Part shown: one piece after another, positions 41,818-51,750 of the stretch
Position numbering within the stretch: position 1 is the first letter of the stretch
How the letters are laid out: each line of letters opens with the position of its first letter
Origin: Nitrososphaeria archaeon
GTDB lineage: Archaea; Thermoproteota; Nitrososphaeria; JACIWG01
Reading direction: 5' to 3'
Assembly (NCBI GenBank): GCA_963752255.1
Contig: CAVVXT010000019.1
Coordinates: 128,001-192,000 of the forward strand
Length of the DNA stretch: 64,000 bases
Position numbers and translations under genes: made by a program
Notes under the pieces: generated by a model
What the model saw: only the letters and a program-made list of their open reading frames with translations
What the model was told of the DNA's origin: nothing
The model's database searches: none

Positions 41818-42072
41818 ATGAAAGTTGTTTTCGTAGGCCATCTGAAGAATCTTTTTGGCAGGGAAGATGTTAAATTAGATAAAAACTTTGGAGATATTTC
41901 CGAGCTTTTAGTTCATTTGAGCAATATAAGAGAAGACGAGAAGGTTTCGATAAACAGGCAAAACACATTATTTTTTGTTAACGGTACAGAGATATCTGCT
42001 CTTGAAAATCTTGGAACAAAGCTCAAGGGTAACGATATTATAACCCTAGTTCCAATAACACATGGCGGCTAG
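41818..42072 (+). CDS. MoaD/ThiS/SAMP ubiquitin-like protein
   Basis: Beta-grasp pattern, VNG, C-terminal HGG. Confidence 0.9.
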   Translation: MKVVFVGHLKNLFGREDVKLDKNFGDISELLVHLSNIREDEKVSINRQNTLFFVNGTEISALENLGTKLKGNDIITLVPITHGG

Positions 42073-42655
42073 ATTGGAGTTTATCTCACCAAGTTGGGAT
42101 GATATTTTTGACATGTGTGTTGAAGGTGCCGAAAGAATCGACAAGTTGGGCCTCAAATTTGACATCATAATTGCCCTTTCAAGAGGAGGACTTGTTCCGG
42201 GCAGACTTATTTCTGACCTACTAGAGATAAGGGATGTCATCGTGCTCGATGTAAAATATTATTTCGGTATAGGAATCAAGATAGATAAACCGAGAATTAC
42301 AGAATTGGTTAGAACTTCAATCATATCTAAGAATGTCCTACTTGTAGATGATGTTGTCGATTCAGGGGAAAGCATTAAGGCGTCAGCAGAATATCTCTCA
42401 TCATTCAAGCCAAATACTATGAAAATATTTACATTAAACGTCAAGCCTAAGAGAATTATTAACCCAGACGTTTTCATAAAGGAAACAAACGCTTGGATCA
42501 TCTACCCATGGGAACTACTGGAGTGTTTCAAAGAATTGGAGGAGAAAGGTTACAACGTAAACAAAATTGCTGAGGAAACGGGACTGAAGAAGGAAGCTTT
42601 GACAAAGGTGAAGAGACTCTATGAAAAAAGGAGAAGGGAAACACAGACTAAATGA
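42062..42655 (+). CDS. Purine phosphoribosyltransferase (type I PRTase)
   Basis: SRGGLVP, LLVDDVVDSGES, WIIYPWE. Confidence 0.9.
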   Translation: MAARLEFISPSWDDIFDMCVEGAERIDKLGLKFDIIIALSRGGLVPGRLISDLLEIRDVIVLDVKYYFGIGIKIDKPRITELVRTSIISKNVLLVDDVVDSGESIKASAEYLSSFKPNTMKIFTLNVKPKRIINPDVFIKETNAWIIYPWELLECFKELEEKGYNVNKIAEETGLKKEALTKVKRLYEKRRRETQTK

Positions 42656-43172
42656 TCAGATCTTGTTCTGCTATGGCTTAAGATTCAGGCATCCTACAGA
42701 CATAATAGAACTCGAAGATGAGGTTGAAAAGAACACTGGAGCCATAATCCAAGCTGTCAATAAGAATTTTGTCTTAAGCAGGGAACATGCTATGTTTATC
42801 TTAACCCAATGCCTTGAGGCATACGATCGTGGGATATTTATCGCGAGAAAGCCAAAATATGACATCATACTGAATCTACTTTGCACGCAAAAGATCGAAA
42901 AAGCTTTAGCAGATGGAGGAGTAAAGAAAGACTGCAAAGACTGCGTAATACTTGGTTATTGTAGTAAAAGAGAGTTACAGATTTTAGAAGAATGCATCAT
43001 GACCTATGGTACATTTGATGAACGCATCATGGAACCTTCGGAGGATAAGAAAAAGTTCCTCATGGGATACCATAAAATAAGCTCAGAAGAACAGAAAAAT
43101 TACGACCTGTTGCAACTGCTCTGTGAGAGATCTGCGACAAGCATTATAAGGTACTATAAAAGTAAAGCTTAA
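42621..43172 (+). CDS. cgi121: KEOPS subunit Cgi121 (start uncertain)
   Basis: IQAVN...H, IARKPKYDIILNLLCTQKIEKAL..GG, CERSA; adjacent to Sua5. Confidence 0.75.
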   Translation: MKKGEGKHRLNDQILFCYGLRFRHPTDIIELEDEVEKNTGAIIQAVNKNFVLSREHAMFILTQCLEAYDRGIFIARKPKYDIILNLLCTQKIEKALADGGVKKDCKDCVILGYCSKRELQILEECIMTYGTFDERIMEPSEDKKKFLMGYHKISSEEQKNYDLLQLLCERSATSIIRYYKSKA

Positions 43173-43792
43173 GGAAAAAGATCCTTTACAGGAAGAGCGC
43201 CCTCTCTTAACACGACAATCTTTCCCTCAGAAACGTCCACAACTGTAGAATCACCGCCGTAGATTGTTTCACCACCGTCTACGTAAAGATCGGCATCACG
43301 ACCTAGTCTTGTTAACGTCTGAGCCAAGGTTACCGGCGACCCGTAACCTGATCTGTTCGCACTAGTCCCAACAAGTGAACCACCAACTTCTTTGAGGAGA
43401 GCAAGCGTCCAGTCAAGTGATTGTACGCGAACTCCAAGCTTACCCGTACCATAAGTAATTTTAGTAGGTAGTTTTACATTATCCTTTACTTTTCCGACTA
43501 TAGTCAAAGGTCCTGGCCAAAACAGTTCTGCAAGCCTATCTATCATCGGATTCCATTTTATTAGTTTGAATGATGTCTCAGCGTCTAAGCATAAAATAGG
43601 AAGAGGTTTTTCGCCTCGCCCTTTCATAGCTGCAACTCTTATAACAGCCTTCTCATCCGACGGAAGACACCCAACACCATATACGGTGTCTGTCGGGAAG
43701 ACAATTACACCACCGCTCATAATAATCTTTTTAGCCATAGGCAGGCTTTGGTCGGATTTTATGTGTATGAACATACACTCAACCTTTGACAT
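43169..43792 (-). CDS. L-threonylcarbamoyladenylate synthase (Sua5/TsaC)
   Basis: FPTDTVYG, KGR..KPL, FWPGPLT, TSANRSG, STVVD, REGA. Confidence 0.93.
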   Translation of the reverse strand: MSKVECMFIHIKSDQSLPMAKKIIMSGGVIVFPTDTVYGVGCLPSDEKAVIRVAAMKGRGEKPLPILCLDAETSFKLIKWNPMIDRLAELFWPGPLTIVGKVKDNVKLPTKITYGTGKLGVRVQSLDWTLALLKEVGGSLVGTSANRSGYGSPVTLAQTLTRLGRDADLYVDGGETIYGGDSTVVDVSEGKIVVLREGALPVKDLFP

Positions 43793-43841
43793 AAAAGTTT
43801 ATAAACAATATATTTGACTTGATTAGAATCGGTGTTATCAA

Positions 43842-43955
43842 TTGGTATATTCGGACGAGGAAGGGGAGGAAGAACTCGAAGAAGATTTTGACGAAGACTG
43901 GGAAGATGATTGGGAGGAAGGAGAAAGTGAGGGTGAGGAGGAGGATGAGTTCTAG
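43842..43955 (+). CDS. 37-aa hyperacidic peptide (below the ORF-track cutoff)
   Basis: TTG start after GGTG; MVYSDEEGEEELEEDFDEDWEDDWEEGESEGEEEDEF. Confidence 0.6.
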   Translation: MVYSDEEGEEELEEDFDEDWEDDWEEGESEGEEEDEF

Positions 43956-44028
43956 CTCCTCTCACAAAATTTTTCTCTAACCATAAGAGAGAACGAAGCT
44001 AAGCTTATTATCATAAAAACCTATACCA

Positions 44029-44727
44029 TTGCGTATGACTATCCTTAGTACACCAGTTCTAATCATAAATGCCAAGAATTATTTAGAATCCTCAGGTGAG
44101 AGAGGGATAAAGCTTGCAAAGTCTGCTGAAAAGGTTGCTAGGGAACTTGGAGTAAATATTATAATAGCACCTCCCACTCCACTCATTTACACGGTTGCAA
44201 ATATCGTAGATATTCCGGTCTATGCGGAGCATGTCGACATCTCTAAAGTTGGTAGTACGACAGGATTCATAGTCCCTGAACTTGTAAAGGATATGGGTGC
44301 CGTTGGCTCAATAATTAATCACAGTGAACACCAACTTCCAGTAAATATCGTAGCACAGACAGTAGAGAGGCTGAAACAGCTCGGTATGGGGACAGTCGTA
44401 TGTGCAGTCGACCAAAATAAGACCAAGATCTTTGCTGGAATGAACCCGGATGCCGTAGCTGTTGAGCCACCTGAACTGATAGGAAGCGGAATAGCGGTTT
44501 CAAAAGCTAGACCTGAGGTCGTAACAGATTCTCTGAAAGCTGTCACGGCTGCAAGATCCGCATCGAAGCTGATATGTGGTGCTGGAATAGTGACAGGAGA
44601 GGATGTCAAAAAGGCCTTGGAGCTAGGGGCTGAAGGAGTTCTAGTTGCAAGCGGTATAGTAAAAGCAGTCGATCCTGAAGCAAAGATACTGGAGCTCGCA
44701 GAACAACTAAGAAAAGTGGATAAGTGA
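44029..44727 (+). CDS. tpiA: Triosephosphate isomerase (archaeal type)
   Basis: INAKNY, NHSE, AVEPPELIG, GAGI, GVLVASG. Confidence 0.96.
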   Translation: MRMTILSTPVLIINAKNYLESSGERGIKLAKSAEKVARELGVNIIIAPPTPLIYTVANIVDIPVYAEHVDISKVGSTTGFIVPELVKDMGAVGSIINHSEHQLPVNIVAQTVERLKQLGMGTVVCAVDQNKTKIFAGMNPDAVAVEPPELIGSGIAVSKARPEVVTDSLKAVTAARSASKLICGAGIVTGEDVKKALELGAEGVLVASGIVKAVDPEAKILELAEQLRKVDK

Positions 44728-44729
44728 AC

Positions 44730-45010
44730 CTACTGAACATAAACTTTTTGTGATGTCCATCAAGGAGATGCGGTATAAACCAAAAATTAGTCCTGAAATG
44801 GTAAGCCCTTTGTTGTAAACATAACTGTAAGGGTGCTCAACTGAACCCAACTGGCTCAGGTTTCCGGTCCAGATATTCTACCGAGGACCTAAAATTATCG
44901 ATACAATTATTGCTATCCAAGCAATCGCCCAACCTATAATTCCAAGGTGATAGGTATATCTCATGGTCACGTTGACATCAACCTTAGCTACTAATTTTTT
45001 TTGCGTCATC
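44730..45010 (-). pseudogene. DUF998-like membrane protein remnant
   Basis: TM helix, in-frame TAG, then NLSQLGS...YNKGL.ISG; also a frameshift in an A-run near the start. Confidence 0.45.
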
Positions 45011-45298
45011 TAATTTTGTTTCTTGAGTTAATTAGTAAAACGAAATAATTGAATGAAGGAAAAATATTAATTTTAAATACATGGATAACCCTTAATTTAT
45101 ACGATAAATTATAGTCGACACACTATAGAATCATTATAATTGTTGTTGCAGTCATCGTTATATTGGTGGCTGAGAGTGCATAGCAAATAGGCTCACCGCA
45201 CCAATCTGGTTCATCACCTACGAGTATAAGTGAGAACTTTTCAAGATATACGTGGAAGGAGCTAGGGAAGAAGTTATTGTCAGAGAGTTCCCTGAAGC

Positions 45299-46264
45299 CT
45301 AGCTTATAGGCGACTCCATAAGTTTTGCTTTTGATGTGAACTCCTTTTCCCCTCTAATAATCCTCAGGGACACCTCATCACCTGTCTTCCTCTTCCAAAG
45401 CTGCGCTAATAGGTTACCTAGATTGTTAACCCTGTCTTTATCAACCTGTACTATAATATCACCTTGACGCAGGCTCGCGTAATACGCTGGACTACCAGTG
45501 ACAACTGAGACGACAAGAACTCCGAAGTCGACTGCAAGATTATAATATTCCGCGATACCGGCGTTAAGGTCTATGCCGTTTATGCCGAGCCATGGTCTTA
45601 CGACCCTGCCGTATCTTATGATTTCTTCAGCCACCCTCTTAACCGAATTGCTGGTTATGGCGAAGCCTATACCCTGAGCGAAAGGAATTATCGCGGTACT
45701 CATCGCGACAACTTGACCGTTTAGGTTGATTAAAGGGCCACCACTGTTTCCGGGGTTAATCGCCGCATCGGTCTGAATCAAATCCTCAATGACCGGTCCG
45801 ACCTGCGTTTGGATTTTCCTCTTAAGAGCGCTGATGACTCCGGCTGTAACTGTTGGACCACCAGCTAAACCAAACGGGTTTCCAAGGGCAAGAACAAACT
45901 GTCCTACCTTCAGATTATTGGAATCGAAAAATTCTGCGGAGGTCAGCCCAGTCTTATGAATCCTCACAACTGCTACATCTGTCAGCGAATCACTACCGAC
46001 AACCGTCCCTTCGTATAGCTTGTTATCAAATAAAGTTACGGAAATCTTCCCAGCGTTAGATACAACATGGTTATTAGTAACTATAAAACCATCAGCCCCA
46101 TATATAATACCTGATCCTAGACCTTCAACAGGCATGCTATGGAACAGGAAGTCTGAAATAAGGGTTACCGTGTTGACACTAACTACGAATTCGCTTGCCT
46201 TTTCAACTGCTTTTATAACCTTATCTTCGTCTACGGGGATCATTAAAATCACTCTTTTGAGCAT
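45299..46264 (-). CDS. HtrA/DegP-like trypsin protease with PDZ domain
   Basis: GSG, TNNHVV, DVAVV, IQTDAAINPGNSGGPL, PWLGI. Confidence 0.94.
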   Translation of the reverse strand: MLKRVILMIPVDEDKVIKAVEKASEFVVSVNTVTLISDFLFHSMPVEGLGSGIIYGADGFIVTNNHVVSNAGKISVTLFDNKLYEGTVVGSDSLTDVAVVRIHKTGLTSAEFFDSNNLKVGQFVLALGNPFGLAGGPTVTAGVISALKRKIQTQVGPVIEDLIQTDAAINPGNSGGPLINLNGQVVAMSTAIIPFAQGIGFAITSNSVKRVAEEIIRYGRVVRPWLGINGIDLNAGIAEYYNLAVDFGVLVVSVVTGSPAYYASLRQGDIIVQVDKDRVNNLGNLLAQLWKRKTGDEVSLRIIRGEKEFTSKAKLMESPIS

Positions 46265-46365
46265 ATTAGTGTTTAAAAAACTTTTTGAAAATCGTGTCTA
46301 TTACAAACATTAAAGTGTAAAAAATTTAATATATACGACCCCTGCCAAGATGACTGGTGGAATAA

Positions 46366-46539
46366 ATGAGTATGAAATGTCCAGCTTGTGGTTCAACAGA
46401 TATAACGTTAAACCAGCAGCTTAATCTAAAAGACGCAAAGGTCAGGAAAATCTATCTAAGCGGTAATTGTACCAAGTGTAAGAGTCAAGTTACAATAGAG
46501 TATACACCCACTACCATCCGCCAACAGCTTGCGGAATAA
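46366..46539 (+). CDS. 57-aa zinc-ribbon protein (below the ORF-track cutoff)
   Basis: MSMKCPACGS...GNCTKC; GGTGG SD-like sequence upstream. Confidence 0.65.
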   Translation: MSMKCPACGSTDITLNQQLNLKDAKVRKIYLSGNCTKCKSQVTIEYTPTTIRQQLAE

Positions 46540-46556
46540 AGTGGGACCAAGGGATT

Positions 46557-47135
46557 TTGTTCAAACGCATAGGATTAACAGGTTCACCTGGTACGGGCAA
46601 GAAAACCCTTGCAAGAGGGTTTGCCTTGAATGCGGGATACAGGATTTTGAACATCAACTCGCTCTGTATTTCAAAAGGCGGATCAATCGGCAGAGACAAA
46701 TATGGAATAGTTGTTGACACAGAAAAACTTTCCAAGATCATAGCTGAAGAGATTAAAAATGATAATTTCATTTTAGTGGGCCATCTTCTCCCATACGTTA
46801 TAGTCTCTAAAGATATAGAATTAGCAATCGTTCTAAGATGTAACCCATATGTGCTAGAAAAGAGACTTGAAAAAAGAGGATACCCTCATAAGAAGGTTCT
46901 AATGAATATTGGAGCTGAGACTCTTGGAACATGCTATTTTGATGCGTTAAAGGAATTCGGCTGTGGTAAGATACATGTGATAGACACTTCATCAAAGAAG
47001 CCTGGAGAAGTTGTCAGGGAATCCTTGAAAATTCTAGAAGGAAATGCACGATATGATGGCTCAGATATTGACTGGTTAAGCCTTGTTAGGAAAAAAGGCG
47101 ACCTGCGAAGGATCTTTCCTGATTCCTACTATTGA
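46557..47135 (+). CDS. Archaeal adenylate kinase AK6/Fap7 family
   Basis: TGSPGTGK, VGHL, VLRCNP..LEKRL..RGY, IDT, IDWL. Confidence 0.88.
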   Translation: MFKRIGLTGSPGTGKKTLARGFALNAGYRILNINSLCISKGGSIGRDKYGIVVDTEKLSKIIAEEIKNDNFILVGHLLPYVIVSKDIELAIVLRCNPYVLEKRLEKRGYPHKKVLMNIGAETLGTCYFDALKEFGCGKIHVIDTSSKKPGEVVRESLKILEGNARYDGSDIDWLSLVRKKGDLRRIFPDSYY

Positions 47136-47207
47136 TTTCTACTATGAATAATAAATGGATAGAACCTAAACCCGAATATATTGGAGTCCCTATATTAAAA
47201 TTCTAAG

Positions 47208-47223
47208 TGCGGCGTCCGGGATT
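47208..47223 (-). repeat. att-like tRNA 3'-end fragment (Gly-like, AATCCCGGACGCCGCA)
   Basis: GC-rich T-stem/acceptor-type sequence at the switch from housekeeping genes to AT-rich cargo. Confidence 0.6.
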
Positions 47224-47386
47224 AAAAACCCTCCGGTAATAATCTTCACATAAAAAATAGGGGGAAATACCTCTCCAAAAAAAGAAATTAAAGATTTAAA
47301 TGTCGTTATAACTGCTGATGCTTTTGTTATTTTAATTATTTTAGGTTTTTCACATTTCCTTAAAAAAGGGTGTAAAAGAGTTTGTA

Positions 47387-47734
47387 TCAGCTATTAAAAG
47401 TATATTTTATTCTCTTTTTATTTTGTCTCATATCATATATTATATAAAAAAGTATCAATAATGCCAAAAATATAAAAATGTAGGAAAAAACCAAATAGTA
47501 CGCAGAAGAGGCAGGATTAAAACGATAGGTGAGACTATCGGCTAACACAAGCAATGTTATAGCTAATGTAAAATAATAGTTCCATTGTGATGATTTTCTG
47601 ATTTTTTCAAGTTCACTCATGACCTTACTTGTGTTCTCTCGAAAAGAAGATTGCATCGTATTCATTTCGTTTTCTATGTTATCAAATCTTTTTTCTAAAC
47701 TCTCCAATTTTTCGTTTATCTGTTTATCTTCCAT
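47387..47734 (-). CDS. Hypothetical protein (coiled coil + 2 TM)
   Basis: ORF composition. Confidence 0.6.
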   Translation of the reverse strand: MEDKQINEKLESLEKRFDNIENEMNTMQSSFRENTSKVMSELEKIRKSSQWNYYFTLAITLLVLADSLTYRFNPASSAYYLVFSYIFIFLALLILFYIIYDMRQNKKRIKYTFNS

Positions 47735-48118
47735 AAAGAAAATATTAGAGTACTTTTATAAAATCTTTGGAGAAAGAAATGCTTGACGCTACGATCAAAC
47801 CGTAGAAGTAGGTTGGTAAACGTGTGGATTAATTATTAAAAAAGTGAATATACTTCCTTAGATCTTATTGGATCTCTTTTCAATCTCAAGATCCTTATGA
47901 ACATAAGGATGATTGCTGTAATTGTGACTGTAAAACTTGCATTGTAATACAAAAATATGAACAATGACGAAGCAAATAAAGATCCCTGCAACTAACGACA
48001 TAAGTCATACACAAATTATTTATCTTTCTTTTAGCGATTCTTCAAGTCTTATACCTATGAATAAATGTAATAGAATAGATTACTTCATCAAATAATATTA
48101 ATAAACATCTAAATTAGT

Positions 48119-48538
48119 ATGATTAACTACGTGAGTAATGAAAGATTAGAGACGATTAGATTAGTGATGCAAATAAGAGTTAGGTTATCCCAAAGAGCAA
48201 AAGATTTGTTATCAGCAATTCAAGAAAAACACCCAAAAATTGAGATAAACAAGAAGATAATAGATTTTTGTGCAGAGTTAGGAGACATAAGTGGTTTTTG
48301 CGATAAGAATACTAACAGGTGGATAGACGATGTAACAAGATACATGTCTGGCTGTATAATTATAGAAGAAGGAGTCGACTTTGACCTCATGTCCGACTTA
48401 TTAATGGCATTACTACCTCGAATAGTCGGCATGCAAATTGACTTCACAAAAGGTCCTCCCTTCAAAGCGATAGGTTTCAACATTGAGGCATCTTTAAAAG
48501 ACTTAAAAGCAAAAATAGGAGCCCATCTCAATCGATGA
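48119..48538 (+). CDS. Hypothetical protein
   Basis: 139-codon ORF with TATA-like upstream sequence. Confidence 0.55.
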   Translation: MINYVSNERLETIRLVMQIRVRLSQRAKDLLSAIQEKHPKIEINKKIIDFCAELGDISGFCDKNTNRWIDDVTRYMSGCIIIEEGVDFDLMSDLLMALLPRIVGMQIDFTKGPPFKAIGFNIEASLKDLKAKIGAHLNR

Positions 48539-48694
48539 GATTATAAAATGTCAATTAACCAAATATCGTAGATTATTATCACGTTATTCTTTTTTAAACC
48601 CATTTCACATTCTCTCTGAATAGTAATTCCAATTGATTTTGGGTAAATTAATACAATTTTATCGAGAGTATTTTGCAATGTGACGACTAAAGTT

Positions 48695-49471
48695 TTATGA
48701 AGAAAAAAGTAAAGCATCCCTGTTTGTAAATGGCTCAATTTTAAGGAGAAGAAATAATGAAGAAAGTAATCCTATAAAGAAACAGGAAACATGAACAATC
48801 CAAACAACGTTACTCGAGACATTAAAAAATGTTTGATAAGAAGAAATAAGGTAAAGATAAACAACAATTATGATAACGTTAAAGATAGGGCTGAATATGT
48901 TTTTAAAGAGAATTATTTCATTCTTAACTTTCTCTCCTATGGTAAGATGAACTGATTTCTTTTTTAGTGACGATAATATCCCTTTATAGCCAAACGTAAA
49001 TCGTATTATGAGGTATAAGTTATAAAATGCTGTCGATAATATAACTCCTTCGGTCCCATATGCTACACCTGACGCACCTCGGAAGTTGGGATTTGAAAAA
49101 ATGAAAAGAAAGCCTGTAAGCACAGAAGAGACAAATGGTATTATACAGTATATGCGAACAACCTTTTTTGGATTCCGATAATTGTTAAACAATAACAGTG
49201 CCAAAAATAGGGTTGTTGACTGAATTAAAGACTGCATGTTATTCAAAAGGTGGGAATAAGATTCATGAACAAACATATAGGTAAAGAAACCCCAAAGAAG
49301 ATTTTCCTTTGTTTCCGATAATGCAGGAAGTAATTTAGGATTGGAAACTTCTGCCTTATAAACCGCATTACATATAAGATAGAAAGTAAAGTAGACAAAG
49401 ACGATAATCGCATATGGTTTGAAGAATTCTATTATCTTTCCCAATTTAGGTTCAGATGTTTTAGTCATCAT
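48695..49471 (-). CDS. Rhomboid family intramembrane serine protease
   Basis: FTYMFVH..YSHLLNNM, GASGVAYG (catalytic Ser), VH in the last TM. Confidence 0.82.
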   Translation of the reverse strand: MMTKTSEPKLGKIIEFFKPYAIIVFVYFTFYLICNAVYKAEVSNPKLLPALSETKENLLWGFFTYMFVHESYSHLLNNMQSLIQSTTLFLALLLFNNYRNPKKVVRIYCIIPFVSSVLTGFLFIFSNPNFRGASGVAYGTEGVILSTAFYNLYLIIRFTFGYKGILSSLKKKSVHLTIGEKVKNEIILFKNIFSPIFNVIIIVVYLYLISSYQTFFNVSSNVVWIVHVSCFFIGLLSSLFLLLKIEPFTNRDALLFSS

Positions 49472-49480
49472 TATTATTTA

Positions 49481-50125
49481 TTAATAACTTGATAATACTG
49501 AAGATAAAATTCCATAACAAGCACTTAAAAATGAAGTAAAAACGATAATTAAGAGTGTCCAATCCTTTGGCGTTTTAATTGAGTCTATCCAGATATTGCC
49601 TTTAATACTTTTTAAAACATCATTTTTTGAGACGTTAGAAGGTAATGTCTGAAGAGAAAATGAGATTTGACCGCAAACTGTTATTCTTGGTTGGTTCAAA
49701 TCAATATAGCCTAAATATTCATATTTACTTGAATCACCAATTGTAGGGGCATCAGTAATAAGATGTATTTGTGACCAATTAATATTATCTAACGACATTT
49801 CTAATTTAGATATATTGAATAAATTGGCATATTGTGACCATAAAGATACATATAACTTTCCTCTTGAATTAAAATAATTAGGAGATATATTATTTGTAAT
49901 TGTAAATTCATTTTTGTTGGTAGGTAATTTTGTTATTTTTTGATAATATTCTAACTCTGGCTTCCATTGTGAGAGATAATAAGTTACAACGAATGCTATT
50001 GTGATAGATATTATTAGAGAACATCCTGATTGAATTAAAGTAACCATATTATATTCCTCCCTTTCATTGCTATACCTCAAAGTGTTTAAGTCCTTTTCTA
50101 TTAGTAAAAAGTAGAACAAGTGCAA
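49481..50125 (-). CDS. Hypothetical membrane protein (N- and C-terminal TM; start probably near 50047)
   Basis: ORF composition. Confidence 0.55.
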   Translation of the reverse strand: MHLFYFLLIEKDLNTLRYSNEREEYNMVTLIQSGCSLIISITIAFVVTYYLSQWKPELEYYQKITKLPTNKNEFTITNNISPNYFNSRGKLYVSLWSQYANLFNISKLEMSLDNINWSQIHLITDAPTIGDSSKYEYLGYIDLNQPRITVCGQISFSLQTLPSNVSKNDVLKSIKGNIWIDSIKTPKDWTLLIIVFTSFLSACYGILSSVLSSY

Positions 50126-50159
50126 TAAAGAAAGTGATTATTCCCATTATATCGAGAAA

Positions 50160-50951
50160 CTATTTTACGCTTTTCATTGCACTTATAACTTTTTCATTTA
50201 TAATTTGTCGCGATTCTTCGATAGTGCTTACCTTTACTTCCCCCCACTCTGGATCAGCTTTCCAATCTATCAAAAAGTAATTTCTTCTTGGATAAAGTTC
50301 TGCAAACTTGAGACCTTTTGATTTATGAATAAAGTTAATCCGATAAGGAAGTAAGGTGTGCCTAATATTTCCTTGATCCAATTCTTCAATAATTTTCACA
50401 GTTTCATCCCAAACCTTTCTTACATCGTCATTTGTGATATAGTTAGCCAAATCATGGAGTTGTGTTAGAGGTCGTTCTATTTCCGTTCTACGTCTGGTTT
50501 CAACATCAATTAGTTTGACATATTTTTTCCCATTTAATTCATAAGAGAAACAAATTTGTTTAAGCGTAACCTGTATATCCTCTGATATGTACTTAACAGC
50601 TATTTTAGTCCTCTCATCAAAACTTGGGGCAATAAGAATCATTCTTGGCATTTTGTCTTCTATTTTTTCTTGAGAATAATTCTTGAAGAAACTCATCCCT
50701 CTCTCAAGAAGATAATCAAAGTAACCCAAGGCTTGCATCAACTGCCCAGCATCTTCCTTAATTTTTAATTCCACCACAGTCAAGGTTCCTTGTGCGTCAA
50801 CACCATCCAAGTCCATTCTGGTGCCATAAGGTACAGTCCTCCTTTGTTTTTGGAGTAGTCTGAAACCCTCCTCTATCTGTGACGGATCATTGAAAAGAAT
50901 TTCTTCAAGTTCTGTTTCAGATTCTATTTTACATTCCTTTATTGCCATCAA
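50160..50951 (-). CDS. NucS/DUF91-like PD-(D/E)XK endonuclease domain protein
   Basis: E.ELEE, RMDL.GVD..G.LTVVELK, QALGY, PRMILIAPSF. Confidence 0.78.
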   Translation of the reverse strand: MMAIKECKIESETELEEILFNDPSQIEEGFRLLQKQRRTVPYGTRMDLDGVDAQGTLTVVELKIKEDAGQLMQALGYFDYLLERGMSFFKNYSQEKIEDKMPRMILIAPSFDERTKIAVKYISEDIQVTLKQICFSYELNGKKYVKLIDVETRRRTEIERPLTQLHDLANYITNDDVRKVWDETVKIIEELDQGNIRHTLLPYRINFIHKSKGLKFAELYPRRNYFLIDWKADPEWGEVKVSTIEESRQIINEKVISAMKSVK

Positions 50952-51060
50952 ACAAAATTATGGATTATTACTTATATCCTTTCTGCTTTTGTTATTGGTA
51001 ACACAGATATAAAGCAAATAATTAGGACTTCATAACGTTACATATTTAGCTCTATTTTAA

Positions 51061-51117
51061 TGGAGCCAGTGGGATTCGAATCCAAATAGGTTCAAAGCCA
51101 ATAAATAAACGAATTAA
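51061..51117 (-). repeat. att-like site: tRNA-Pro 3' fragment plus conserved element-end sequence
   Basis: tggagccagtgggattcgaatcca is 22/24 identical to the tRNA-Pro end at 7460; its flank resembles that at 53746. Confidence 0.75.
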
Positions 51118-51127
51118 ATAATGTTTC

Positions 51128-51583
51128 CTATACATCAAGTTTATTGTCTTTTAAAAAATCTTTCCATTTTTCTATACATTGGGATGCTAATTCAAAGGCA
51201 TCCATTTGCCCATTTTTGGTTTCAATTGTATATTTGATACTTATCGTTGCGCCAAGTTTATAATACCTTCCGGCAAATTTAGGATCTAAAAGACTACGAT
51301 TTTCATTTTCGAGATGCTTTATGCTATTGCAAATGTCTGCACAAAGACTCAGACATGTCTCATGATTAATGAATTTTTCAACATGCGGTTTAGGAATTGG
51401 AAGCGTATTATCATTTTTAATCCACTCCTTTAGATGATAGCAATTCATAAAAAATGCATAAACTTCGTCTTGATAAAAATCTGAATTTCGATCATGAACT
51501 CTTCCAAAATTAGTAGTTTTGAAAACTTCATACCATCTCATCATTCTATTATACTGTTCTTTGTACTTTGGTTCTTGTGACAT
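51128..51583 (-). CDS. Hypothetical helical protein, possibly HEPN-like
   Basis: AFFMNCYHLKEW...DICNSIKH (NxxKH). Confidence 0.5.
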   Translation of the reverse strand: MSQEPKYKEQYNRMMRWYEVFKTTNFGRVHDRNSDFYQDEVYAFFMNCYHLKEWIKNDNTLPIPKPHVEKFINHETCLSLCADICNSIKHLENENRSLLDPKFAGRYYKLGATISIKYTIETKNGQMDAFELASQCIEKWKDFLKDNKLDV

Positions 51584-51750
51584 TAATATTTAATGTATTG
51601 TCAATAACATATATTTAGGTTTTTAAAATGGTGGATCCTTGGTGGAGACTTTCTCTCAAAATCGGAAATATGGCAAAATACATGAATGTGTTTTGAAGCA
51701 ATGATGGGTAAGATGCAATACTTAAATAGAATTTGCAGAATTTACGGTAT

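Noticed and set aside
51628-51650. A fourth att-like fragment (tggtggatccttggtggagac)
   Set aside because: No T-loop (GGATTYGAAC) follows; the match is too short.
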